Source: Lingula anatina (Eukaryota > Animalia > Brachiopoda). From it: a stretch of DNA of 64,000 bases. The notes under the pieces were generated by a model that was not told the DNA's origin, did no database searches, and saw nothing but the letters and a program-made list of their open reading frames with translations. Location of the stretch: the NCBI GenBank assembly GCA_051362555.1, contig CM120644.1, positions 15,646,534 to 15,710,533 on the forward strand, read 5' to 3'. The first letter of the stretch is position 1. Each line of letters starts with the position of its first letter. The position numbers were made by a program, and so were the translations under genes. Positions 26,201 to 38,800 of the stretch are shown here, one piece after another.

Positions 26201-27488
26201 TTAATTTACTTTTTAATAATAATTCCATTGCATATTCTGCATAATCGCCATATAAGGTTGTGTCTGGCGCATTTACTCTCAAAATCACGTTTGAGACATT
26301 TTTTCTTAATTCATCAGAAGTCAACGGGCTGTATACCGTGGATATCGCAGGATTTGGCAAGAAAGTCGTATACTGTGACAACGGATGGCTCGTTGTTATT
26401 AGGAGATATGACAACTCGTTTGATTTTCACCGAAACTGGGCCTCGTACAGGGACGGTTTTGGTGACCCGAATGACCAGTTTTGGCTGGGAAACGATGCTC
26501 TCCATGCGTTGACCAATCAAGGGAACTATTCCATGCAGTTTGACGTGAAGTCCTGCAATGGTAACTATTACTTCGTCAAATGGAGATTGTTCCGCATTAA
26601 CAACGAGGCTGCAAATTACGCCATTACCGACATTATTGTTGATTCGTACAATACTTCGACGAATTACCGTTTGGGGGAAACCCTAGGATGGAGATTTGGA
26701 ACGACTGATAATCCAGTGGCCTCTTGTCCTCAAAATCACGGTACGTTCTTTGTCGACCGGGCGAAAGGGAAAGGGGGCGGGGTCGGAGGGATCGAGGGAG
26801 AATAAAGATAAAAATCAAATAGGCGCAAATACATGTAGGAAATAGGAAAATCTTACGATGCTTTGTAGGATCCATGGATGGGAATGTTTCTTGTATTTTT
26901 TCATGATTTGCACGTTGTAATGTTATGTTTCTAAGGCGTGAGAAACTTCACTTCTCCAGTATTTGCATTAGATTTCCTGCCATTTTGAGATGTTATAATT
27001 TTATTGATAGCATGTTACACGTTGAATATTACCATTTAAAGTAAGACGAGGCTGCGATTTTCATGAAATGCTCCGTTTTAGTCATACATGTATCTTCAAC
27101 AAGGAAATATTATTATTGATCTTCCAATTTTTTTAATAGACAGAAATCACGTAGGGGGGTTGCAATGGTATTTTATCACAGAATAGTTTACACGACATCT
27201 TGGAAAGTTAAGACATATGCACTTTACAAAATTAATAAATAAATGATAAATGAAAGCAATAAATAAATAAATAAAAAGAAAACAATGTGGACTGAAAACA
27301 ACTCTCTTTCCATTTCAGGCGGCGGGTGGTGGTTCGAAAGTTGCACGCGCTGGCACTTGACCGGATTTTATCCTGTGTCCTGTAGCACTGGCGCCTCTGG
27401 GATGAAGCTCGCCGCCATAACTGGAAACAACTGCGACAACGGGTGCATGCTTAAGGCCGGCACCATGAAGATCAGGCGTAACCCTTAA
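21777..27488 (+). CDS. Secreted PAN/Apple + FReD protein, copy C
   Basis: Exons 21777-22017, 23302-23384, 25849-25879, 26318-26740 and 27319-27488. Same exon structure as B, open frame, GGWWFESC motif, ends MKIRRNP*. Confidence 0.9.
23512..23767. mobile_element. MITE with TIRs of about 37 bp
   Basis: CAGGTCTTATAATCGGATTAGACGTTTACTAACACTA and TAGTGTTAGTAAACGCCTAATCCGTTTATAAGGCCTG. Confidence 0.8.
24400..25030. repeat. 64-bp minisatellite, about 10 copies, in intron 2 of FReD copy C
   Basis: CTATAGGATGTTGGCCAATTTCC recurs at 24421, 24485, 24549 and onward to 24997 (period 64); no unique spacers. Confidence 0.95.
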
Positions 27489-27535
27489 GTTATTAACACA
27501 TTTACGTAACACGGAAGGTTAATGCCCTCCACGAA

Positions 27536-27710
27536 GGCTCCATTCAGAATAGGGGACTAACTAGTCTGATGGTCAAATATGGCCGACCAATTTGATTACT
27601 TCCCCACGGGATATCTATTCAGTGTCTATTAGCGGATTAGACGGCATGCTTTGTCGTGAGTTGCCATATTTGACCTCACGACTGGTCAGTACCTTATTCT
27701 GAATGGGGCT
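27536..27710. mobile_element. MITE just downstream of the FReD copy C stop codon
   Basis: GGCTCCATTCAGAATAGGGGACT and AGTACCTTATTCTGAATGGGGCT inverted ends. Confidence 0.65.
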
Positions 27711-29542
27711 ATAAAATCTGAAGGGATTCACCAGTCTGACGTATGGAATTTAACAACGAGGAATCGAGACAGTTAAATATTTCAACGTAAATCCAAAACA
27801 GGCCAAGGTGACACATTGCCGCCACCGCCCCCCCTCCCCTGCTCCTACAAATATACTAGTATTGGAGGTGACCCCGTCTGTCCGTGCCATATTATATTTA
27901 CATGTTATATATACATATTAATTGTATTATAGAAAAATGCCCTTGTGTACTATTACATATACCTAGCAAAGTAAGGTTAGATTGCTTTAACCTCGTACCC
28001 CTACCCCTATGAAAAATTATGAATCCGCCGCTGCCTCAGCTTAAGTGCAATAACTTTTCTTCATATTGTGTTTTGCTGATGCTCAATATACATGCTACGC
28101 GTACATATAAATATTTGTATAATTGCTGCTAAGCTTGTTTTTTCCTATGTTACGTTGAACGAAGCCAGTGAATTACATATTGTGAAATTATGGCGAAAAT
28201 AAAGAATTGATCACTCATGTTTCCTCATGCGTACTTTGCAGATTGCTTTGACACTCAAAGTCAAATTGCCAAATGCATGCTGAACAGTTAAGTACATGCA
28301 CCTAAGTAGTCGCGATGGAAACTATTTCAGTTCGGTGTAAGTCGATACAAACTGAGAAACGAATGAGAAAAAAAGTGCAAGCATCTTATCCGGGGTTCTC
28401 TGGCAAAATCAGGTTTTCCACGAAAAATCTAGATATTTTCCACTACTCAGGAATCATTTATCAGCCGATCTCAGCTCTCGAATGCGATATTTTACACCAT
28501 TTCTACAATCAGGAGGACCGCCGTGTCTTCCGGGACATTTCAGATGGAAATTTCGATATCGGAGATCTATTTGATGTGTTTAAAGTTCTGGATTGGTAAA
28601 TACATTTATAAACAACCTTTCGGAAAAAGTGGAACATAAAAATTGTGACTTCGGGCCATTTAAACGCAAGCAGTTTATCTTTATTATACTAACCATAGAC
28701 TCAGAATCACTTATGCATGTATATGCTACTAGTATGGCCATGCATCCGAGCTTAATATGAATTCAAATGTTCATTTCATATTTACTCTTTTCCATTTGGG
28801 ATGACTTAGGGGTCCAAATCATCGCACACCGTTCCTGAGCCCCTGTGACCACGGAAGCTAAAAGGGCTTAAAATAGGAGTATTGATTAGGAGTTTAGCGA
28901 TTTTTCAGGTTTTGAATTGTTCCAGATTTGAAGGCGACCGGTTTGAAAGAAACTTTTTGACATTGGGTGCTTTGTGCCGTTGTTTTGGAAAAAAATATGC
29001 GGGTTCATTATTAATGGAATAGTTATTGATTGTCGAACGAATTCGAAAAATAGAGGTACAAAATAATCGATGGCCTTTTGATCAAATAAGCGTCATCAAT
29101 ATACCGTGTAAGTCCTACAAAGAACGGCACTTCTAAAAGAGGCGATATGTTGGCATGAAATACGCCATAAACATTGACGCATATATGTGTACCAAAGGCT
29201 AAGAAAAATGCTTGAAAAGGCCGGGTGTCAGCTGCTGAAGGTCAGCAACATGTGTAAACGTGTTTATACATGTGCACGGAAGGCGGGTCATTGAACCGTC
29301 TGTGATAGACCCTACTCATCTAGACACCCACAGTAAAAGATATAAGATATTTTTGATGAAGTGGGAGAGTGGAAAATCCTTTATATATTTTTTCTGGAGT
29401 TAGGGTTTGCCCCCTGTCCCCAACCGCCATCCACAGCCTACGCCCGGGACACTGGCATTAAATGACCACTGACCTTAATGTAGAATGTGAACTTCACTCT
29501 TAAGTACCATTGATCGATCGATCCTTGTTTTAGTTACTTATA

Positions 29543-29545
<3 letters not shown>

Positions 29546-29625
<80 letters not shown>
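29546..29625. repeat. Compound (GT)n(GA)n microsatellite
   Basis: Directly visible. Confidence 0.95.
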
Positions 29626-29627
<2 letters not shown>

Positions 29628-29842
29628 CAGGCAAGAGTCAAAGCACAAAGGAAGAGAAAATGTGGGGTACTACATATACTATCACAGGTTACAGAGAGAA
29701 AGAGAGAGAAATGAAAATAAATAGAAATGCACATATCAACTTAGAATTTAGACACATTTGGTAAATATGTCTGAAGATTACCCTATTTATTCGTGTGTCT
29801 AATTATTTCACATTAAATTTCAACAAAAGACTTGTTATGTAG

Positions 29843-29888
<46 letters not shown>

Positions 29889-30982
29889 GAGCAGATTAAG
29901 ACTGGATGTACATGGGCTATAAGTAACCTTACCTGAATATAGCAAATACCCATGTAGAGGCGTTCTTTTTATAACTAACAAATGTTTAAAAAATAAAACA
30001 TAAACTAAATTTCTAAATACACTACTTAAATAATTCAGCAAACAGTTGATTATGATAAAAGATGCAACAATTCACGTGATCATAAATATTTAATTGATCA
30101 AAACGGCTGGATCAAGAAATGATCTTACTTTTTAATGGGGAAGCCCGAGGCACGGAACTTAGCGTAGGAGATATCCGTAGAAAGAATACCCGGCTGCGCC
30201 CCTGACATACAGTGTATAAACTTTCAGTGAATTAACATGGCCTGATTGATGGGTTCTGGGAATAATAAATTGACATTAAAATGATTATTCGAAATTCAAA
30301 AGCTCTAAAAGATACGGCGACTTGTAATGTAGAATTTACGTGTCGATGATATTTGTTCTAGTGAGGAACCGACTGAAGCAAACGAAGCAAACATACCATT
30401 TAAATCATTCTCATGTCACTCTTCGTTTTTTGACTACCCCTTTAAGGCTATATCAAAATTGATTTATACTATTTACACTAAAATAGATGTTAAACTTCGC
30501 TTTTTATTATTGTTAGTCACCAGGCGAACCTATTTTGGCAGGATATCCCACAGTACTTTCCTATTTTGACTTGCCTCATTCACTTGTGTTGCTAACCGTT
30601 CCTACATGTACATGTATAAACCTTTCATCTCGTAGGGCAGCCATAAAGATCATTGTCCTTGTTCGGAGGAAGCATATGTGGAGAATACTGGCATTAATGA
30701 GGTGTATTTACCTCTTAATCTAACATTAGTATAAAGCATTAATACATTTACCAGTCAATATAAATAATTATATATATGTTGTATATATATGATTATTGCA
30801 CTGTTTTAACAGAATATTAATCTCATTGACAACCGGTTGGACAACAGTTAATATGCTTTACCCCCGATTATGACACATTTGGGTAAGATCGTACTAAAAT
30901 TAACGTGTATGTTCGTCACGTGCGGTTACATTGCACTAAGTAACTTAACATTGAGCCGTGGGACTACATAGCCGAATTTTTG

Positions 30983-30989
30983 TATAAAA
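30983..30989 (+). promoter_or_regulatory. TATA box of the PAN-M15 gene
   Basis: TATAAAA 78 nt upstream of ATG 31061; the paralog has TATAAATA 79 nt upstream of its ATG. Confidence 0.6.
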
Positions 30990-31060
30990 CACGATGTTTT
31001 TCTGTCTCGACTACTCTTTACGTGTCATCGATATTGAGAGAAACTGAGGAAATCGTAGCC

Positions 31061-32929
31061 ATGAAATCCATCTTCGTCACAATTTTGATATTGGGTCTTG
31101 CAGCCGTTAATGTCAATGGTAAAGTATATTTTTTAATATGATAAGCTTTATGGTATGTTGAATTGAAGATATGCTTATAGAATTGTTGGTATTAAGTTTA
31201 AAGGAATACAATGTTAGAATGTGCGTTAGATCTTTGCATAGGAAGTAAAAATAAAATAATTAATTTTTAAATAATTCTCCATGACATTTCAGCAGTATTT
31301 CTTTAAACACCAATTAAAGCATGGTATATCAAAAACCTTAGACAAAGTGCCGATGTATAATCCCGTTTAAAACTCTTAATTTCGAACCCCACATTTTTTT
31401 TAATTGTATTTTTTTTTCAACTTTTTGACAAACCTCCAAGAGTAAGGGAAACGTTTCCATGAAAATCAATTCTATTTTCTGATGGTCAAAGGCCCATTGT
31501 GTGAGAAAATATTCTGTGGAAACCCTTTAATTGTTTTAAATAAAATTTTTTAATGGTTTTAATTGTAATAAATAACTGTATCTTATGTGTACACTTGACA
31601 AATTCATGAGAGGAAAAGACAACATGTCAGGAGAATGTTACAGTCTACACCTACAAGCACATGCATTTATTAGACGCTGCAATAATATTATTTTTTGAAA
31701 GTAAAATGCCATTTCAAATAACCGTACACGCGATTCCAGTATTAAACGCACACGACAACATGCATTTTCAGAATTCTCAGAGGCTCAATTATATCAACCA
31801 AATGCATAGTAGGCTTTCTTTTTAAAAACAAAGTAGATTTTTCCCCAACAATTGGCATCAATTTTGTCTGTTTCTTGCTTTTAGGAATATGTCGGATGAC
31901 CCGGCGTGCAAATGCATTCTACAGCAAAGGACGCGACATTGATAGCTTCATATCAGGTTCTGAAAGAAAATGTTCCGACGCATGCGCAACTAACCGTTTG
32001 TGTGTTGCTGCCACCTATCGAACTTCTGACCGCCGGTGTTGGCGACACAGCACCTTGAGGAGAACTGGCTCAGGAAGAGGATGGGTTGCTTTGAAGAAGG
32101 ACGCAAGTTGCGTCAGTAAGTAACGCGGGAAGTTTTTTTCTTTCTTCAATGCTTTTCTTTTGAAGAAAAATTGCCTCAATGATGTCACCCTAATATCAAC
32201 TTTTCATGTTCAAAAATTTTTAGAACTGATGGCTGGTTTGGGATGTTCTATGCTCAATTATTCAAACAAAATCTCCAATTAAAAACCATATACAGGTATG
32301 CACTGGGTCATAGTCGAGATTCGTTACGATAATAAAACATTAGATCTTTCACAGTGTATCAATGACCAGCTCTTGTTAAACTTGAAACAGTGAGTATTTA
32401 TTTTATTTTCACCATCAATATGACTTTTCCATAGCTCCCACACAGACCCAACCTAAATGTATACCTGTTACAGTATAACAATTTTGTGCTTGCAGAGTCG
32501 CTCAGTGGGACAGTAAAATACGGGTACCAAAAGGTGGACAGCGTGGCACTTAAGCAGAAGCTCCAAGAGATCGCAAACTTTTTCAAAACCACGGTGACCG
32601 TCACGAGTGGAAGACGCAGTGGTTTTGATCCCTATGTAAGAGACATTATTTGTACATTGAAATCGTTTGTGTCTACATTAATACAACAACAGAAACTTAT
32701 TCATATGAAATATACTAGTATATATACAATTTACATGATGGCCTTGCCCTTAATGTAATCAATTTCGCACCAATGTCTTCGATAAAGTCATAATTAGCAT
32801 TAGCCACGGCATTTCAGCAATAATGTTGAAGTACATGTCAGGAAACAAGTGGCGGTCGATAACAATTCTTAAAATTATTCATAATATTTATTGGCACCAA
32901 AGCCATAGGCCTACTCCAGACCCAGTTAA

Positions 32930-32972
<43 letters not shown>

Positions 32973-33243
32973 TCAGCATAGGATAGGTCAAGCAGCAGAC
33001 ATCTTGGTGAAGGGAGTTGGAACTAAAAAGGCATGGGATCGCCTCAGAACAAGTGGCATTCTGGACAAGGAGTATTACGTCATGTACCACGCACCGGGGT
33101 CAAGGTCGTGCTCTACGGGCACGCACATTCACATAGCCCGTTACAACAAGGAATGGAATTCTGGCAAAAATACGTGCTGGATAATTGAGGGCACGACCCG
33201 TTCCAACAAATGCCTGTCGTATAAACAGCACAAATGTCTGTGA
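31061..33243 (+). CDS. Secreted PAN/Apple + peptidase M15-like (Hedgehog/DD-peptidase, LAS fold) Zn-metallopeptidase
   Basis: Exons 31061-31118 (signal MKSIFVTILILGLAAVNVN), 31885-32115 (PAN-like CSDACATNRLCVAATY...CW), 32496-32635 (...VTVTSGRRSGFDPY) and 32977-33243 (HRIGQAADI...STGTHIHIARY). Phases 1,1,0 are consistent; AATAAA at 33361. Confidence 0.8.
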
Positions 33244-35492
33244 GAAGGTGCTTGACCAGTTCCATTCACATTAAAGAGGGACCTCCTCCCTTTGCTAATT
33301 TTGCCACAGATTTCATCAATTCACATTGCTTTGATGTACATTTAGAAAAAATGCATCGGGAATAAAATAATGTGAACTGTATACTTGCCATTTTGTGCGT
33401 TCTTTTTTGTGAACAGCTCTATAAAATGTTGACCAGCGATTGCGATTAACTTTACTCTAAACTTCATCCACAAATCTCCATATTAAACGGCCTTGAACAT
33501 GCCTGTCTCTACCAAGAATACGTTCTGGGAAATCTATGCGATTCGTCTGCCAGTTATTTACCTTCTCGGCCACCGTTCAATTTTGGGCTATACATCATAC
33601 AGTCCAGTGGTTTTAACAAGAATTTAACTTTTCACTTTATCAACAGATATATAAATGAAAAGAATATTTGAAGAAATATGAAAATCAATAAATTAATGAA
33701 AAGACAAATCGAAGTAAATGCGAATTAACTACCCCAGTGAATAAGAGATTGATATGCACCAAAATCTGGATTTATGTCTGCTAAAATATACTCTTCATGC
33801 GCATTTACACATAATTCTCCTATTTCAACTATGTTTTATCTTTGAATAAATATATAGTTGCTTTAACTATTGCTTTCAACATTAGTAGAAGTCAGATCAT
33901 TGCATTTAATTGCCTAATAAGATATTTGGTCAGTATGGCATGCATTTGAAATTTATTTTAAAAAATGATCATAGTCTTTAGAAATGTGGCCAATAGTTTG
34001 AGTAGCAGCCCCGTATACACCAGAGAAAAAAAATAAATGAGGAATAATAATAATAATAATAATAATATGAATCTCTCCAGCTCATAGATATTTTTCTGGA
34101 TATTTTTTTCTGTGTCAGTTGCTTCCTGCAGTTAAGTCACACAGCACCTTTCGAATACCTGTATGTGTTCTGTTCCAAGTATGACCGACACGCACGCTCG
34201 TGTCTCGACAATGGACGTCGATTGTGCAACGAGTACAACAATTTTCAAAATTTTCAAATTTTGCTCAATTCAGCCTCTAATATGCCTCCAAAATTGCAAC
34301 AGAAAGAAGCTTAGAGAGCAGAAAAGAAGGGAAGAGGAAGAAGAAAGACGGGGAAAACAGGAGGTAAAACTAACGTACGCCGTCAGTACATGTACGTCAT
34401 CATTAGCGTGTGAGGCAAGTGCGAAGCAAAAGTGACGCAAAAGGGAACTACTTTCGCCGTGCGTCGCATTCTCTTCATAAGTGGGGAGTGCGTGCAAGGT
34501 ACGCAGGTATCAAAACAAACTCAAGAAATGAGTACAGCTTCCACCACCACCACACCTTGCAATAAGCGTCCCTGCTTCAAAGGACATCTCACGTGACCCC
34601 TACGACTCGCAAGGCAGACTTTTACCTTTCCATTGAAAATTTTCTTCTTCTTCTACGAACTCCACGGCCTCCACTGCACCCAAAATTTGTAGGGGACGTA
34701 CGGTCCTTAAATCTGTGCGTCTGGTTGTGACCGAGGCTTAATCTAGGATTAAGCAAGTACACGTACACTTGGCTGAAGGGCGGGTAAGGAAGGGGGGAGG
34801 GGTGGTGGTGGTTGGTGGATGTAGGGGGGGGGGGTCGAGTCAGCTGAACCAAGACCTCCAACGCAATTCCCCTACGGATATTCTTGTCAATAGCACAAGT
34901 GTTGGGGGGGGGGGGGGGGGCAAGTGTGGGTGGGCTGGTTGCGGTGGGGCGGCGGGGCGTGTGTGTGTGGGGTTGTTGAAAACCTAAGGTGAGGTGCCAG
35001 AGGTCAATGGGTGCAGAACTGAAGGCACCTTGAGGTAGCTTGTACTTACCGCTGAACATTCAATTTAATTTGCGATCAACTAAATAAATGTCATTCTTTA
35101 ATAGGCATGTTATGTATGTCACAGGGTTTTTGGATTCGTTACCCCATAAAAAGTGCTAATGGATAACGTTGCGGTGAACCGAATGTGATCAGAGAAAATG
35201 CCAAACAAGTAGCGGCATGCCAATACATCGATAATCTAAACCATTTAACTATTTCAATTATGTATTGGTTTTAGAGAATCTATAAAATGATACCTTAAAA
35301 TATGAAACCGCTGTTAGAGATCACTATATTAACATCAAAATGGCAGGCGTTATACCCATTTGGTCCACATTAATATCCTCTGCTCCTTTTTTATTTGGGT
35401 TTTCGGATCAAGAGGACAGCTTTTTGTCGAAATTGGTCAGTGTGTACTTATTAATGGACATGTCACTTGTTTAATTTCTAAAGATCGATGTG

Positions 35493-35500
35493 TATAAATA
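35493..35500 (+). promoter_or_regulatory. TATA box of the second M15-like gene
   Basis: TATAAATA upstream of ATG 35572. Confidence 0.6.
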
Positions 35501-35571
35501 CAGTTCTGTCATTCGAAACGTCACTATCCTATTTTGACCAGCAGCAAGCAGACGACTTTTGAAACGGGACA

Positions 35572-35815
35572 ATGAAAGTAGCAATTCTAATTTTCCTGTG
35601 TCTTGGTCTTGGGGCCCAAAGTTACTATTTTCGTAAGTAGACGCTATTCGTTACTTACATGTATAACAGTACATACACACATTTTTTACTTAGAATTTGT
35701 GAAAGTGAAAGTTTTTTTTTTTTTTAAACATCTTTATTCTCAAGAGGGTTACATATTGATACAGTATAAATAAAGGTGGCAATTCGCCTAGGCATTATAT
35801 GCTCACCTTTGAAAT

Positions 35816-35866
<51 letters not shown>

Positions 35867-38800
35867 TTCAAGAAAAAGACGGTGACGAGGACATGAATGG
35901 CATTAGAGGGGAGTGAGGGACAGGGCATGGGGGAAAGGTAATTATGGGGGGGGCAATGGGCCATCAGGAGAGAGTGGTAGGCGCCAGAACAGAAATGGAA
36001 GAAGATTCAGACATTTTTGATTAAGAAATCTGACACTATTTCGAAAATCTTGTCGTTTTGTCCAGATGTTAGTGTTTTATGGCCATGTAGGAAGAGGGAT
36101 ATCTTATCTAGTTGGGTTCTGAAATATGCATAAGTTACACCAAGTATATCTTCAACAGATTCGTAGAGATCACGATATTTCCTCTGTTTCAGTGGGCATT
36201 GAAAGAAAAAATGTCGGATAGTTTCGGGTTTCCCACATAAACAGTTGGGAGAAGCCATAGCTGTCCAGTTGTGGTCATATAGTTGGGCTCTAAATAACAA
36301 ATCGACTCGGGCCTTATTTAGGATTTTTTCATTTTGTCTCGGAAGCTTCAGATGGGTAGTGGACATTGTTGCTGGGAAGGTTTCATTTCTAAGGTTATAC
36401 TTAAGGGAGGATGCAGAAGGAAGATTTTTTTGAGTGGTGTTTAGTTCATCCCAGCTTGTCATCAAAAAGTGTTCGGGACCTTTGTATGTGAATTTAGAGG
36501 GAATTATGTAGTCTCGTTTAGATGTTGTCCGTAGAGGTAGCATGTATTTATTTCTAAACGGAGTGAAATAGGTAGAGACATAGGAAGGTGCTAGTTGATT
36601 GTGGATATTGAACATGATTTTTTTCGCGTGGTTTCTTCGACAATGATTTGGTTCAATAATTACACAGTGAAAGTAGATGCATTTTCATCGTTATTTGTTT
36701 CAATTTTATATTTTTGGTAATTCACTTACTGTATAATGTATAAACCTATACGTGTATATGGCAGGTCTAAGCCGTTTGGCTTTTAAATGAAAGAAATAAA
36801 AGTAAGTTATAATTTGCAGATAATCATAAATACGCCGGAGTAGGTTTTTTAAAACGTGTTTATTGATAGTAATTGTTGTTGTGAATTCGGTATTACATGA
36901 ATAAGGCACTCTTTAGCGATAAAGCAGCGGCGGATGCAAAGCCTTCCCCCCCCCCTCCCCCCCCTCCCCCCCCCCCCCCCGTTGGCGTTGGAAAAAATGG
37001 TATTTTAGAAGGTGAAAGGTGCCTTTGGTATAGTTTAGAACTATAATATTCAGCTAGTCAAAATTCTAATTGGAATAGGGGGCAATTGGTGTGATTTTTT
37101 TTCAGAAATTGAAGGGGGAGGGGGGAGTCAGGACCCCCCCTGACCCCACCTCTAAATCCACCACTGTAAAGGAGAATCTACTAAAATCTCTGTATAATAT
37201 ACTGTATAATTTACTGGAAAGAGCATTGAGTATTTTATTGAGAACTTTAGATACTAGCTGCTGTGCCGTCGAAAAATAAAAAACACCTTGTATAAAAGAA
37301 TGAGAATTAATGGAAATTGACTACAAAGTGGTAGAAAGTGGTCGGTACATGTAGACTTAACTTAATCTGTACATTCCCAGTCAAAAACGTGCATCGCGCC
37401 TTCATACGGGTACATAAAACATGCAGACCATTGTCCCTTCTATCTGCACCCGCCTACCCCTAATTAACGTCTGCGCACTACACGATGCGCACATCCGGTG
37501 TATTAACAATAACGTGCACGTTTGACACCCAGGTCCACCCCAGGGTATAGTGAACTATGGGAACCAGGTGATCTACAGCAACGCGCTCAGGTACAAACTC
37601 CAGGAGATCGCCAACTTTTTCGGGTCCGTCACTGTTACCAGCGGGTTGCGTCAAGGCGGAGACCCCCACGTGAGTAGACGACAGTTGACATAATGTAAGA
37701 AAAGATATAATGATACTGGTACGTACTAGTAAGTTCTGACCCCCGATGTGACAATGGTTGCTTTAAGCAAACCCAAAATAATGCTTATAAGTATTTGATA
37801 TTTTCACTGTGTTTGTCAAAAAAGCGGTTTGTATAGATATAAGCTTGGGCAAATCTGCCAGTGTCAACAGTGTTCGTGGCGGAGCTGGTCATGTCGCCAA
37901 GGTGATAATGCAACACTGCTCACTTTGTTAGGATAATTGCAGACTCAGCTAAAATAAATGATTAATAATTAAAAAGGATTATAATGCAAAATACAGCTGT
38001 ATGAGACTTTCCCCAAGCTCTGTGTGTGTGTGTGTGTGTGTGCGCGCGCTTTAAAATGAATGTATCATACTCGCCACAAATGATAGATAGTCATATAAAA
38101 CACAGCATCCCACGTACGTGATACCCTCTCGACCAGTGGGTACTCGTGTCTGGTAAATGAGCTGCAACAGATAGTACTTGACGCTCTCCTAAGTTACTTG
38201 GACGCCCGTGACAAAAAGATATTATTCCAATGTGAACAATTCATGTGTAAAATGTTAAATATATTATACGATATGCTCATTTTTTTACCATAATGACATG
38301 AATTTTTTTTCGTCTATTTCCTCTTGTCAGTTTGAAAATTGTTTTACGTTAAACTGAGTAAGGAGATTTTGTTCAGCATTCTAAAGGTGTAATGACTGTC
38401 TAAAGAAACAAATAGAACATAGTCAAATAAACAAATAAATGAAAAAATGAAATAAAACTTAGAGATGAGTAATAGACTATAACATATTAACTCCTACATG
38501 TAATTAGAAAAGTCACTGGTTTAGCGAACACGTACGTTTTGATATATGTCGAAAAGGAAGGCGGAAAACGGTGTTGACATTGGAATTGGCATAACTATTT
38601 TTACTCGAAATAAAGCTTTTTTCGCCATTGGGTAACATAGATTTGATACAGTGCCGCCGGAATGTCCCCTTACCAAATGGCCGTATGGTTTCCCAACCCT
38701 GCCCCATATGGTCGAACAATAGAGGCCGTATGATAATTACAGGGTAGGGGAATCCCCAAGCAATCCTTATCGGACACCCAAATTAGTCGGTTCAACGAAC

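Noticed and set aside
34622-35059. 145-aa Pro-rich ORF
   Set aside because: Produced by poly-G/C tracts of repeat-like sequence; no exon context.
37381-37532. Extra coding exon or remnant PAN exon in the second M15 gene
   Set aside because: All three frames from the AG at 37380 hit stop codons and there is no PAN Cys pattern; the acceptor at 37532 gives the correct phase.
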